Translations under genes and position numbers: made by a program
Notes under the pieces: model-generated
Told to the model about the DNA's origin: nothing
The model's database searches: none
Seen by the model: only the letters and a program-made list of their open reading frames with translations
In this document: piece by piece, positions 49,117-59,343 of the stretch
Position numbering within the stretch: position 1 is the first letter of the stretch
How the letters are laid out: each line of letters begins with the position of its first letter
DNA from: a virus
IMG/VR virus record: IMGVR_UViG_3300045988_145476
Strand: one strand, 5' to 3'
DNA: 64,000 bases

Positions 49117-49601
49117 AAGGAGACGTTGTAGGTTTTATCGTAACCGATTATAAAGGTTATGAGAAATACGCAGTAAAGTTTATCCAGACCTACTGTATTC
49201 TTGACGATTTACGGATTGCCGAGAATATCGTAAAAGTAGGGCCGGGTCTTCCTATCTATACTGCTGACCTAAACGTACTTTCAGAGGAGTTCCTCGCACA
49301 ACAGCCTTTTGAGTGTACTCCGATAATAACCGAGCCGGGAACATGGATGATAATCTCCCTTGTGAATTTTATTGTGGAGATTCCTTATAACGGAACGACA
49401 ATGCGCTTGCGTCCTTGCGAATACAGAAATGTTTATCCCTCTGATGTAAGCCAGTTCAGGTTCTTTGAACGTCAAGGACTTATAAGACTGATTGAAACCT
49501 CGTTGCACGCACCGAGTATTCAGCTTGAACAAGGCGGTTATTTGCTTCTTGAGAATGGTGGACGAATAAATATTTCCGTTTATGAACAGTATCGTGGATA
49601 A
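49113..49601 (+). CDS. hypothetical protein
   Basis: 162 aa with an ATGA overlap to the upstream gene. Confidence 0.5.
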   Translation: MKGDVVGFIVTDYKGYEKYAVKFIQTYCILDDLRIAENIVKVGPGLPIYTADLNVLSEEFLAQQPFECTPIITEPGTWMIISLVNFIVEIPYNGTTMRLRPCEYRNVYPSDVSQFRFFERQGLIRLIETSLHAPSIQLEQGGYLLLENGGRINISVYEQYRG

Positions 49602-49950
49602 TCTCGAACTTATCTGTGACAAAGAAAACCCACAGGATAGGAAGTTGTTGCTGCTGGCTCACCTTATGCAGTCCAAGTGCGACACGTTAAACGCTAACCA
49701 ACAAGAACTCAAGAGTAGCCTAAAGGATACCAATGAGAAACTTGACCGCCTTTTAAATGTTATGACCGCTTATGAAGAGGTTATTGACAATAAAGAGTCT
49801 TTCGAGCATTTGCTTATGATAGTCAAATATCCGAAAGCATTTATCCTGCTTTTAGTGGGATGTTTGTCTTTGGTAGGCGGTGCTTTTGGAAATAAAATTT
49901 GGGACTTTATAAAAATGTTACTTAGCGCATTATGGAAAATGTTATCGTAA
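49582..49950 (+). CDS. coiled-coil protein with C-terminal TM segment (holin candidate)
   Basis: 'KAFILLLVGCLSLVGGAFG' lies near the C-terminus. The gene overlaps the amidase start by 19 nt. Confidence 0.45.
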   Translation: MNSIVDNLELICDKENPQDRKLLLLAHLMQSKCDTLNANQQELKSSLKDTNEKLDRLLNVMTAYEEVIDNKESFEHLLMIVKYPKAFILLLVGCLSLVGGAFGNKIWDFIKMLLSALWKMLS

Positions 49951-50549
49951 TCTTAGACCCTGCACATGGTAAAGACGTGCTCGGTAAATGTTCTCCGGAC
50001 AAATCTCATTTCGAGTGGATATGGAGTCGTGAACGTTGTAAAGAACTTGAAGGTATCCTTACTGATATGGGATATGAGGTACATCTTACCAATTGTAGTG
50101 ATAACGAAATCGGACTTACTAAACGTAAGAACTTTGCTTCCAGTATCCGACCGGGTAAACGGAAACTTCTTCTCTCCCTGCATAACAATGCGGCCGGCAA
50201 CGGTGATAAGTGGAAAGATGCGACTGGTGTTGAGTTCTGGACTACGGTAGGAGTTACCGATGCGGATATTTGTGCGGATATTCTGTTTCAACAATTTAAA
50301 ACGGACTTTCCGGAATTGCGATTTCGTCTGAATGAAGACGTGTACTTACGGCGTGACAAGGAGAAGAACTTTACGGTTCTTACCGGAAATGGTTACATGG
50401 GTGTGCTAATAGAGTGGTTGTTCCAAGACAATATTGGTGATGTTGAAAGATTAAAGACCCGGACGTACAATGACCGTTTTAATCTTTCACTTGTATATGG
50501 CATAGAAAAAATCAACGCTTATTTTTCTAAACATGAAGAAACCAAGTAG
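49932..50549 (+). CDS. N-acetylmuramoyl-L-alanine amidase (endolysin, Amidase_3-like)
   Basis: 'VILDPAHGKD', 'LLLSLHNNAAG' and 'GVLIEWLFQDN' match the Zn-amidase pattern (DpGHGg, SiHaNA, E.gF.sN). Confidence 0.8.
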   Translation: MENVIVILDPAHGKDVLGKCSPDKSHFEWIWSRERCKELEGILTDMGYEVHLTNCSDNEIGLTKRKNFASSIRPGKRKLLLSLHNNAAGNGDKWKDATGVEFWTTVGVTDADICADILFQQFKTDFPELRFRLNEDVYLRRDKEKNFTVLTGNGYMGVLIEWLFQDNIGDVERLKTRTYNDRFNLSLVYGIEKINAYFSKHEETK

Positions 50550-50928
50550 AGTGAATTTATTTTTATTAGGTATAGCGTTAGTTTCTGTTATATTTGCTAT
50601 ATTTGCGCTGTTCGATAACTCACAACCGGCACAAGAAAACAGTGCCTATGAGAGAGAACTGCGGGCTATGGAAGATACTATCAAGTCTTTGCGTAGGGAT
50701 GTTTCCCGTTATGAGGAACAAATTACCCAGCTTGATTTGGAACGTACTAAGTTGAAAGCGGATTTAATTCAAATACTAAAGGATTATGAAAAGGTTGATA
50801 ATGTTCTCACTAACGGCTCTCTTGATGATAATGTCAAGTTTCTCTCAGAGTACTTATCCAAAGATAATATTGAACGAGGGAGATACGGTAGTAGCAGTGA
50901 CACCCAATCAATTGGTACGGATAAATAG
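50533..50928 (+). CDS. i-spanin-like protein (N-terminal TM + coiled coil)
   Basis: 'VNLFLLGIALVSVIFAIFALF' is followed by heptad-rich charged sequence. It lies directly after the endolysin. Confidence 0.45.
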   Translation: MKKPSRVNLFLLGIALVSVIFAIFALFDNSQPAQENSAYERELRAMEDTIKSLRRDVSRYEEQITQLDLERTKLKADLIQILKDYEKVDNVLTNGSLDDNVKFLSEYLSKDNIERGRYGSSSDTQSIGTDK

Positions 50929-51208
50929 GGATTTGAATAGCTTCAACTATCTTCAAAAGTCCTATTTGAACATAGTCAATCAGCTTTCTGTTGCAGACTC
51001 TCTGAATACTGTACAGAAACAAATGCTTTCCACGCAGGATGAAATTCTTGCTGTGGAAAGTTTGAAGTTTGAGAGGGTTATGTTAGTGAATGACAATTTA
51101 CGTACCACTTTTAAAAAAGAGAAAAAGGAAACCCGCAATAAAGCCCTGCTAATCGGTGGGGGAGTGGGTTTATCAATAGGATTTATCGTAGGAGTAATTA
51201 TAAAGTAA
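50786..51208 (+). CDS. protein with N-terminal signal-like and C-terminal TM segments (spanin-like)
   Basis: 'MKRLIMFSLTALLMIMSSFSQS' at the N-terminus and 'ALLIGGGVGLSIGFIVGVII' at the C-terminus. It overlaps the previous gene by 143 nt in another frame. No lipobox Cys. Confidence 0.45.
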   Translation: MKRLIMFSLTALLMIMSSFSQSTYPKIILNEGDTVVAVTPNQLVRINRDLNSFNYLQKSYLNIVNQLSVADSLNTVQKQMLSTQDEILAVESLKFERVMLVNDNLRTTFKKEKKETRNKALLIGGGVGLSIGFIVGVIIK

Positions 51209-51217
51209 TTTTAAAGT

Positions 51218-52939
51218 ATGGCTAATATTGGTTTAACAATCACAGAAGGCGTTGCCAATGGCGCAACCGGCTATTCTGAACCTGCCAAAAGAAACATCGG
51301 TCTTTTAGGACAGTTCATTCGTGGAGCATCTTTTGTTCCCAATAGAGTGGAGTCTATGGAAGATTTTAATGTGATGTTCGGTGGACAGAGTTCATCATTC
51401 TATGGCCCTGCTATTGTCAAGAGTATTTTTGACGAGGCAGGTGATGCGCAAGTGACCTTGTATATAGCTCGTGTAACTGGTAGTGATACGGTTGCTGCTA
51501 ATGGAGAAGTTTCCATTGGCGAAACAGCCGAAAGTGCCAAGATGAACGCAACGGCTGCATATAAGGGTACTGCCGACCCAGGTACTTGGGCTAATGGTAT
51601 CAAAGTCGCTCTTTACTCTTACGGGTATCGTGTAAAGGATTGCTTTACGCTTACTATCACATATAAGGATACAGTAGAGACTTACTCTTATAACTCGCTG
51701 GCTGAAATACAGGAAGCTGTGAACAAAGTCAGCAAGTATGCAATGATAACTTTCGACAAGGAAATCGAGAAGACTGTTCTTGAGGCCGTTGAAGGTACCG
51801 TAACCACACTTACCACAAGTAAGGAAGTTACTGGTGTTGGTACGTCTTTCAAGACTTCCGTTGCTGTCGGAAATGTTCTGTATGATACGAACGGAAAGAT
51901 TATCGGTACGGTAGCTTCTATTGAAAGCGATACGGAACTTACTCTTACAAGTAAGGCTTTTGTCGCTGTAAATGCCGCATCTATCAAGAAACGTAAGGAT
52001 GCTGTTTACGAACTTACAATGGCTAACGGTGTTGACGGGGATGTTTCCGAAAGCGATTTCTATCCCGTTTATGACGTAGCTAACCCGAAAGGTCTTGCCT
52101 GCTTTGACGGATACGATATTCAGATACTCACCACTACGGAGTACCACTCTTTGTCTATGGCGAAAGTACTGAACGAATATCTGAAAGAGTGGAAGAACCC
52201 TATCGGAGTTATCAACCTGCCTATGGATGCTGACGAAGGTACTGCCGAATTGTACGCTATCGAATTGCAGACCAACGACAAGAGTTTCATGGCCGGTGCT
52301 TATATGGGATGGGCTAAAGTACCCGATGAAAACGGAAACCCGATTCTTATCCCCGCTATCGGGCCAGTATTGGGAGCAGCTTACTTGCGTACCCCGTACA
52401 TTCAAGGAGACTTTATCCATATACCGCCCGGCGGTGTAGACTCCTTGTTCAATAATGTATTGGATATGGTTCCGCAGCGTTTGTCACAGTCTGTAATCAA
52501 CAGACTTGTTCAGCAATACTCTTGTAACGTTATCCAGTATGTTGAGAACTTGGGCTTCTATGTTGGAAGTTCCCGTACGTACTCTACGAATAAACTGTAC
52601 CAGAGTATTCATATCCGTTTGCAGACATCTTACTATGTACGTGCGCTCAATTCCAAGATGCGTTTTGCTGAGCAGAAACCCAATACTCCCGAACTTAAAC
52701 GGGAATGCTTGGTTGAATTGGATACGTTCTTCCGTACAGAGTACGACAACGGAGCACTCGAAAGAAGCGTTGATTTCAGCACCGCTTACAAAGGTATCTG
52801 CGATAAGAGTAACAATCCTGCTACTCAAGACCGCAAACTGTTGAACATTACAGTACTGTGGATACCTACCGAGTGTACCGAAAGCATCCAGATTGCCCTG
52901 CAAAGAAATGACGGAGTACTAACCACAACAGAAGTATAA
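51218..52939 (+). CDS. contractile tail sheath protein
   Basis: 573-aa ORF directly followed by a ~150-aa tube-sized gene, two small ORFs and a tape-measure gene. This is the canonical myovirus order. Confidence 0.7.
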   Translation: MANIGLTITEGVANGATGYSEPAKRNIGLLGQFIRGASFVPNRVESMEDFNVMFGGQSSSFYGPAIVKSIFDEAGDAQVTLYIARVTGSDTVAANGEVSIGETAESAKMNATAAYKGTADPGTWANGIKVALYSYGYRVKDCFTLTITYKDTVETYSYNSLAEIQEAVNKVSKYAMITFDKEIEKTVLEAVEGTVTTLTTSKEVTGVGTSFKTSVAVGNVLYDTNGKIIGTVASIESDTELTLTSKAFVAVNAASIKKRKDAVYELTMANGVDGDVSESDFYPVYDVANPKGLACFDGYDIQILTTTEYHSLSMAKVLNEYLKEWKNPIGVINLPMDADEGTAELYAIELQTNDKSFMAGAYMGWAKVPDENGNPILIPAIGPVLGAAYLRTPYIQGDFIHIPPGGVDSLFNNVLDMVPQRLSQSVINRLVQQYSCNVIQYVENLGFYVGSSRTYSTNKLYQSIHIRLQTSYYVRALNSKMRFAEQKPNTPELKRECLVELDTFFRTEYDNGALERSVDFSTAYKGICDKSNNPATQDRKLLNITVLWIPTECTESIQIALQRNDGVLTTTEV

Positions 52940-52942
52940 CGT

Positions 52943-53401
52943 ATGAAACCTCAGAAACCACAAGATTTATATGTAGTTAACGGGTGGTATCTTACCATAC
53001 CCGTTGCTGGCATTATGAGTGACGGTATTTTCGAGACTTTGGAAGGTATGCAAGCGCAGTCCGGGTCTGTCGAAATTGTTGATGCCGGCACGAATAAGAA
53101 ATATCGGTTCTCCGACCAGATTACTGACTACGGAGAAATGACCTTAACTCGTACTTATCAAGGCAATGCTGCCGATAGAGCTTTGGAAGTACTGGTTCGC
53201 ACTATGATTGATAACGGACTCAAACTTCCCGTTACCGCTGTGAAGATGCACAACGGACAGGAAGTTTTCACAGTTGTGTTCGAGGGCTTCCGTTTCAATT
53301 CTACTACGTTCCCCACATGGGACGTAAATGGAACTGATAAGTTCACTGTAAGTTATGGCGCTACTTGTGACGGATGGACTATTATTCCGGCCGGTAGCTA
53401 A
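52943..53401 (+). CDS. tail tube protein
   Basis: 152 aa, immediately after the sheath gene. Confidence 0.65.
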   Translation: MKPQKPQDLYVVNGWYLTIPVAGIMSDGIFETLEGMQAQSGSVEIVDAGTNKKYRFSDQITDYGEMTLTRTYQGNAADRALEVLVRTMIDNGLKLPVTAVKMHNGQEVFTVVFEGFRFNSTTFPTWDVNGTDKFTVSYGATCDGWTIIPAGS

Positions 53402-53429
53402 TTATTAATCATAAAAACACTATCGTAAA

Positions 53430-54311
53430 ATGGACTCTTTGTATTACGAGCTTCCTATCGGTTTGTCCTCAAACGGGGAAATGCTCAAAAATGTAGAACT
53501 GCTTAGAACTAATGGTGTTGCAGAAAAAGTATTTGTCACAAAGATTGCTGAGAAACCGTACACATGGCAGGGAAACGTGCTTTCCGTAGCCATTAAGAGT
53601 ATCGGAAATGTCGAAATCGGTGCGGGAGTACGTGAAAAGTATCTTAAAGAGGGTTCGGTTACTATACCCGAAGCCATTCTTCATCTTACTTTAGCGGATG
53701 TAAATACTTCCCTTGTGGAGATTCACCGCCGTTGTTGGGTATCCCAGATTCCAAAACAAGAAGTCGTATGTAAGTTCTGTGGCCGACGTTTAGAGGCTGA
53801 TATTGATTTGGATAAAATTGACTATCTCCCCGAAACCAAGCAACAAATGCAGGAAACTCTGGATTACTCACAACTGGCGGTTGATTTGAAATACGGATTT
53901 CAACCACCGGCTCTTGGAAAAATCACTGAACAAGAAAAGTATGCAGGAATTACGGATACAGTCTATAACCGTTTCGTGTTCCGCCCACCGTTACTGAAAG
54001 ACGCTATTCGCAATGAAGCCTATTTTACTGATAGCATTACGTTCTGGCGACGCATTGCCCTTGACTGTCTTGTAGGTATTCAGTTGGTAGAGAACGGAGA
54101 AGTTATTGATGTTCTTCCGGACGAGTTCAAGACTTATTACGGATTGAAGATTTTCAATGAGTACCTTACTGGTTCTGATTTGAAGGCCGTTCGTGATATT
54201 CTTACCGAGCATCTTCCTACATTACCTTTTGCGTACTACGAGCCTTGCGGTTGCAATGAACAACGGATGATTCCCGTTATCATGGAAGCCAGCAATTTTT
54301 TCTCGGAATGA
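53430..54311 (+). CDS. tail assembly protein (chaperone position)
   Basis: 293 aa, between the tube and tape-measure genes. Contains 'CKFCGRR' and 'CGCNEQ'. Confidence 0.45.
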   Translation: MDSLYYELPIGLSSNGEMLKNVELLRTNGVAEKVFVTKIAEKPYTWQGNVLSVAIKSIGNVEIGAGVREKYLKEGSVTIPEAILHLTLADVNTSLVEIHRRCWVSQIPKQEVVCKFCGRRLEADIDLDKIDYLPETKQQMQETLDYSQLAVDLKYGFQPPALGKITEQEKYAGITDTVYNRFVFRPPLLKDAIRNEAYFTDSITFWRRIALDCLVGIQLVENGEVIDVLPDEFKTYYGLKIFNEYLTGSDLKAVRDILTEHLPTLPFAYYEPCGCNEQRMIPVIMEASNFFSE

Positions 54312-54595
54312 CGTTTCATCCCGACAACTATCAGCTTTGGCAGAAAGAATATCCCCTATTTACCCTTTGGGCATTAAGAAGGGATATTCTTTTTCTACCA
54401 AAATCTCTTTCCGAAGTAGATGAAGATAAACAGTGGGATTTAACGTCAAAAGCATACATCTTAATGAAACGTTTGGGACAGAGTTATGGTGAGATAATGC
54501 AAATGGACGCTTCCGAACGTGATACACTCTTTGAGATGGAAATGAAACTTATCAAAGAGGAAGCTAAAGACAATAAAACTCAACCACATGGCTAA
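54308..54595 (+). CDS. tail assembly chaperone-position protein
   Basis: 95 aa with ATGA coupling upstream. It overlaps the tape-measure start by 8 nt. Confidence 0.45.
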   Translation: MTFHPDNYQLWQKEYPLFTLWALRRDILFLPKSLSEVDEDKQWDLTSKAYILMKRLGQSYGEIMQMDASERDTLFEMEMKLIKEEAKDNKTQPHG

Positions 54596-56771
54596 AACGT
54601 CTATAAATCAAGCGCAATTCACTTATGACTTTGGCATAATGATTGCACAAAGCACAGTCAACAAAGTGGCACGTCTTACCGGCGTAACACTTTCGTTGGC
54701 TTCTGCTTTTTATGCCTTGCAGACTACTGGTGATAAATACGTAAAAACGCTTCGGGAAAATTCCCTGCGTTTTGGCGGTTTCATCTCCACTATACAACAA
54801 ATGGAGAAAGCGCAGGAACGTCTTATCAAAGGACAAACATCCTTTTCCGTTGACGACCAATTGAAAGGACTTAATCAGTTGGCCGCTGTCGGTATCAATG
54901 TGCGAAAGGATTTTGACTTTATCAATAAGTCGGCCCACGCTACCGGAAAATCATTCAGTGAATTTTCTTCGGCAATCGCAAATGCTGTTCAAGGAAACAT
55001 GCAGTCCCTTGTTGATATGGGTTTAATGACGCAACGGGCTACACGCATGTTTGATAAATATACGGCCAATACGGTTATGCGTCAACAGGCTATTCTTAAT
55101 TTCGTCAAGCAACATAAGGGATTAAACGACCTTATTAAAAATGACTTTGAGAATATCCAAGACCAAATTGTTCGTATCAAGGCTACGTGGTCTGGCTTCT
55201 TAAAAGGAGTGGTCGGTAAACCGAATGACCCAGAAAGTCTTTATGGAATGGTGAATAAGTCACTGAAAAGCATTGCACAAAAGTTCTCCCAAAGCTACAA
55301 GGACTTGAAACAGTACGGTAAAGGTATCGGTATCGTAATGGGTTGGACTGTACGACAAATCGGACGTACTATCGAATGGCTTGGAAGGCAGGGTAAAAAA
55401 GCTATTAACTTCTTGCTCGGTTCTTCTGAAACTTTCGTAGAACGTATGAGAACTCTTGTCGTATGGCTTGAGTTTTGGCGTCTTAAAGTACGGGATTTCT
55501 TTGATGAATACGGTAACTCCATAAAGAGCATCATTAAATGGCTTCTGATATTCAAGGGTCTTAAAACTGTATTTGTTATCAGTAAGGCCGCTATCGCATC
55601 TGCCTATGCCTACAATGCGGCTTTGTTCGGTAGACTTGGATTCTTTACCCGTATCAAGAGGGTTCAGAAAAGTATCGGTGGTATCTCATGGTGGAAAGCG
55701 TTCTGGCTTTCTGTTATCCCCCGTTGGCTTAGACGAACGCTTACATGGTTCTCCCGTTTCTTTAGCGTAACGCTTCCTAAAGCCCTGCCCAAAACTCTCG
55801 GCCTTTTTAAGAAAATCGGTTCGTTTATTGGTGGTGGTCTTACAAGTTCCGCAGGTAAACTTATAGGTAAATTTGCCGGCGCAGTAGGTATATGGACCAC
55901 CGTTTATGAAACTCTTCAATGGATTGACCGTAAAGTGTTCGGGATTGACAATTCATTCGGTACGATGATGAAGAATCTAAAGACTTCTTGGATTTCTTTG
56001 AAGAATAATTTCTTTAGCTTCTATGATGATTTCCGTTATCAATGGAGCAGTTTTTCTGATTGGTGGTCTGAACATGTAACCGAACCGATACGGAAACGCT
56101 GGCAAGATGCCGGATGGTCTGACTGGTTTACGAACATGAAGAATAACTTTAAAGACCTCATTGATACTGTTAAGGGTTGGTTGGAACCTATATTCAAGCC
56201 GTTCCGTTCGCTTATGAACTGGTTTGATGAAAGAGTTGCCACATTCAAGAGTGTACAGGGGCAGAAACTTATCCAACAGAATAACTTTAGAAACCAACAG
56301 GCTCTCAACAATATCAATTGGGTAAACGCCAAACGTAAAGAAGCGGTTGCCCGTGGCTATGACCCGAACCGCTATCAATATACGCCAAGAGCGCAGGAGC
56401 TTATTGAACAAGGTAAGAAAATCAATGCGAAGAACTCTCGTACTGACGGAACCACACCGCTTACACCGAAAGAACGTAATGCTTTTGTCGGAGCACTCCG
56501 TTCCCAGTACGCATCAACCAAGCCACTTTCCGAGGGAACCGAAAAAGTTGAGAATCCGATTACTGCTGTTAAAAATGATACACAGCCTACCTATACTGCG
56601 CAAGACGTATTTAATGAGACTGACTATTCCTCTCCTATCACGTTGGAAAACGGTGCGGTACAGATTATCGTACAGAAAGGAGAAGGCATTGATGAACAAA
56701 AACTCGCTTCCAAAGTAAAACGGATTATTTCCGATTTGCAACGTGAAACAAGAATGAGAAAGGGACAATAA
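54588..56771 (+). CDS. tail tape measure protein
   Basis: 727 aa, in the position after the chaperone-like ORFs. Long helical stretches and Trp/hydrophobic central segments ('SWWKAFWLSVIPRWLRRTLTWF'). Confidence 0.75.
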   Translation: MAKTSINQAQFTYDFGIMIAQSTVNKVARLTGVTLSLASAFYALQTTGDKYVKTLRENSLRFGGFISTIQQMEKAQERLIKGQTSFSVDDQLKGLNQLAAVGINVRKDFDFINKSAHATGKSFSEFSSAIANAVQGNMQSLVDMGLMTQRATRMFDKYTANTVMRQQAILNFVKQHKGLNDLIKNDFENIQDQIVRIKATWSGFLKGVVGKPNDPESLYGMVNKSLKSIAQKFSQSYKDLKQYGKGIGIVMGWTVRQIGRTIEWLGRQGKKAINFLLGSSETFVERMRTLVVWLEFWRLKVRDFFDEYGNSIKSIIKWLLIFKGLKTVFVISKAAIASAYAYNAALFGRLGFFTRIKRVQKSIGGISWWKAFWLSVIPRWLRRTLTWFSRFFSVTLPKALPKTLGLFKKIGSFIGGGLTSSAGKLIGKFAGAVGIWTTVYETLQWIDRKVFGIDNSFGTMMKNLKTSWISLKNNFFSFYDDFRYQWSSFSDWWSEHVTEPIRKRWQDAGWSDWFTNMKNNFKDLIDTVKGWLEPIFKPFRSLMNWFDERVATFKSVQGQKLIQQNNFRNQQALNNINWVNAKRKEAVARGYDPNRYQYTPRAQELIEQGKKINAKNSRTDGTTPLTPKERNAFVGALRSQYASTKPLSEGTEKVENPITAVKNDTQPTYTAQDVFNETDYSSPITLENGAVQIIVQKGEGIDEQKLASKVKRIISDLQRETRMRKGQ

Positions 56772-56772
56772 C

Positions 56773-57642
56773 ATGGGAGTATTTGACGTACTGGGGAGTT
56801 CCCCCATAAATTCTGCCGTTACTGCGGGTCTTGGGAAATTCACTTCCCTTTTCCGAGATAAACCGTCTGGCGCATATATGGAAGATGCCGGACGTTATCC
56901 ACGTAGGTATGTTACCACACGTGGAATACTTATTGATAAGAGCAGTCTTGAGAAGAACCAGTTCGATAAAGGATATTTCTTCCAGTTTAACCCTGCACAG
57001 ATACAGGATATAAAATCCACGTTGTATGAAGTCAGACCTTATGCCGGACTTTCCTATAACGACTATATATGGAGTAATGGCGGAGAGAGAATCATTACTT
57101 TTCAACTCTTTCTTGACAATACCCCCCAATCAAAGACATCCGCTTTCCGACCTACGGCTTTCGGTTTTCCTACCGCAAATACCGTTAGGGCGGATGGCGT
57201 GACGTTTGGTAAGAACGGTGAGATAAAAGTCAAACGCAGCCTTACCGATAAAGTTAAAATGGAATTTGGTGTTGATGTCAATAAAGGAGACACTGCGCTA
57301 TCATGGAATAGTGAAGGTGCTTGGAGTAATTCACGGGTTTCCGAAAGGGGTATTCTTGATGAAGTAGAGCTTATCCAGTCCTATCTTAGACCTGCGGCTA
57401 TTGACGGTGAGGCTACTCCGAAATTTTCAGAGGGTGGTATCATATCCGCAACACAATTCAGGCCACCGTCTACGGTCGTGTTTTCTATGGGTCCGTTTTA
57501 CCTTGAGGGAATCATAAAAAGCGCACCCGTAACTTATACGCTTTTTGATTCAGACCTTACACCTTTGCGTGGAACCGTTGATATAGAGTTTGCCGTATTT
57601 GAATATGAGAACATTAATAAAGTGGAGATACCTACAAAATGA
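56773..57642 (+). CDS. tail/baseplate protein (position-based)
   Basis: 289 aa, between the tape-measure gene and the LysM-like gene. Confidence 0.45.
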   Translation: MGVFDVLGSSPINSAVTAGLGKFTSLFRDKPSGAYMEDAGRYPRRYVTTRGILIDKSSLEKNQFDKGYFFQFNPAQIQDIKSTLYEVRPYAGLSYNDYIWSNGGERIITFQLFLDNTPQSKTSAFRPTAFGFPTANTVRADGVTFGKNGEIKVKRSLTDKVKMEFGVDVNKGDTALSWNSEGAWSNSRVSERGILDEVELIQSYLRPAAIDGEATPKFSEGGIISATQFRPPSTVVFSMGPFYLEGIIKSAPVTYTLFDSDLTPLRGTVDIEFAVFEYENINKVEIPTK

Positions 57643-57971
57643 TTAGCCCTAATTTCTATACGACCAAGAACCTTATCGCTACTTTTCTCGGCGGTAAGGT
57701 TTTGCATTATCCAGTAAAGGATGCTTCTATCACCGTAGAGTGGTATGACTACCTCATTAAGGCCAATGAGACGGTTTACACGATTGCCGCTAAGATATTC
57801 GGCGACAATTTGGAGTATATGTGGACGTATATCGCTGATAACAATCCCCCTCGGATGCCGGATGATTGGAATGTAGGCGATACGATACGTCTTCCGAAAA
57901 TAATAATCAGAGATTCAGATACAATTCATACCAATTACAGCGATGTACCAACCTCTACAACCACAATTTAA
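57639..57971 (+). CDS. LysM-like tail protein (P2 gpX-like)
   Basis: 'YTIAAKIFGDNLEYMWTYIADNN...NVGDTIRLP' resembles a LysM / tail protein X motif. Confidence 0.5.
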   Translation: MISPNFYTTKNLIATFLGGKVLHYPVKDASITVEWYDYLIKANETVYTIAAKIFGDNLEYMWTYIADNNPPRMPDDWNVGDTIRLPKIIIRDSDTIHTNYSDVPTSTTTI

Positions 57972-59343
57972 GATACGTCTGTATCCTCGTGGATACCGGC
58001 CGAGCAGTGGAGAATCTTTCGCTGCTAAGGGACTTTCATATAGTTCTTCGTCTTTTGACAAGTATATGGATATTGAGGAGTGCGTTTCTTATCCCGTCAC
58101 ACTTAAAGAGGGTGCGGATATGTTGAATACACTCTCCTTTACAGTAAATAAACATGCAGATGTTATTTTGCAGCGTTGCTATTTGGGAATGTGGGTTGTT
58201 ATGTATGGTGGTTACTATTCTCCGGACGGTTCGGGTGTTAGGAAAGTCTTTTCCGGCACTATAACCCGTATCAAAACCTCTTTTCCAGATAACGGAGCAA
58301 TCAGTTTCAACGTTGAGTGCATGAGTTACGGATATAACCAACTCGGTAAGGACACTTATAAAAGTTATGTATATCCGGATAAAGGAAGTGAACGTGGTTT
58401 CGCAAAGGGTAAATCCGAACTTAGCCTTGAGCAACTCGTTAGGGGTATCGCTGAGGATAACAAATTTCAAATCGGGGAAATCGCCCTCCCCAAGCAAAGT
58501 GCTAAGATGAAGTTTACCCTTACGAGGCCACGTTATCAAAAAAACGTTTCCGATTGGGGATTCTTATTGCAACTTGCCAGCTCTTACGGTTGTTCCGTAT
58601 GGATTGATATGAAAAACGGACAAGAATACCTGTATTTTGTTGACGTTTCCCGTGCCAAGAATGTTATTAACGACCGGATTACATTCGTATTCCCTCTTAA
58701 AAGTGAGAAAATAGAAAATGCTACGGAATCTTCTCCCGCAGACCGTAGTGTAAAGTCCTTGCAAGGCTCAGAAATACAAACTTTCCCCGATAGTACTTGG
58801 AACCGCCCCCGTCTTTTACGCAGCGTTACCGTTGACGAGGATATTTCTCTTGCTACGGCTGTCGTCCGTTCATCTACAAACATAGACCCAGTTGACGGAA
58901 CCATAAAGGAAGTCGTTACCGAAATCGGTGAAGAAGACGGCCGGCGTGTTATCTATCAATATGAACTTGACGAGGCACGTGTGGAATACATACATCGTAC
59001 AGACCCTAAACTTGCCGATGATTTACGGAATCAGGGCCTTGCAAACTGGAAATGGAGCAGTGGTTGTAAAATAGAGGATGAAGACCCACACTACGCCCGT
59101 TATTACTATAAACTTGTGAAGCGTGTTGAGGCTGATGTAGCCGTATTCGACCAGTCATTCTTTGGAATCAGTATCTCCGCTACGGTAAATCAGGATTTGG
59201 ACATCAAGACTCAACGTTCCTACTCCATTCGTGGGATTTCCCGTTATAATACAAGTGGAAATACTGACCGTTATTTCTTACGGGAACTTACTCATGTATG
59301 GGATTCCGATGGAACTCGAACCGAATTAGATTTTATACGATAA
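57943..59343 (+). CDS. baseplate hub protein (P2 gpD / Mu gp44-like, position and size)
   Basis: 466 aa, following the gpX-like gene as in P2/Mu-type baseplate modules. Confidence 0.5.
   Translation: MYQPLQPQFKIRLYPRGYRPSSGESFAAKGLSYSSSSFDKYMDIEECVSYPVTLKEGADMLNTLSFTVNKHADVILQRCYLGMWVVMYGGYYSPDGSGVRKVFSGTITRIKTSFPDNGAISFNVECMSYGYNQLGKDTYKSYVYPDKGSERGFAKGKSELSLEQLVRGIAEDNKFQIGEIALPKQSAKMKFTLTRPRYQKNVSDWGFLLQLASSYGCSVWIDMKNGQEYLYFVDVSRAKNVINDRITFVFPLKSEKIENATESSPADRSVKSLQGSEIQTFPDSTWNRPRLLRSVTVDEDISLATAVVRSSTNIDPVDGTIKEVVTEIGEEDGRRVIYQYELDEARVEYIHRTDPKLADDLRNQGLANWKWSSGCKIEDEDPHYARYYYKLVKRVEADVAVFDQSFFGISISATVNQDLDIKTQRSYSIRGISRYNTSGNTDRYFLRELTHVWDSDGTRTELDFIR

Noticed and set aside
53430-54595. 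Programmed -1 frameshift in the tail-chaperone pair between the tube and tape-measure genes.
   Set aside because: The two ORFs are joined by a plain ATGA stop/start overlap. I saw no slippery heptamer or extended overlapping frame.
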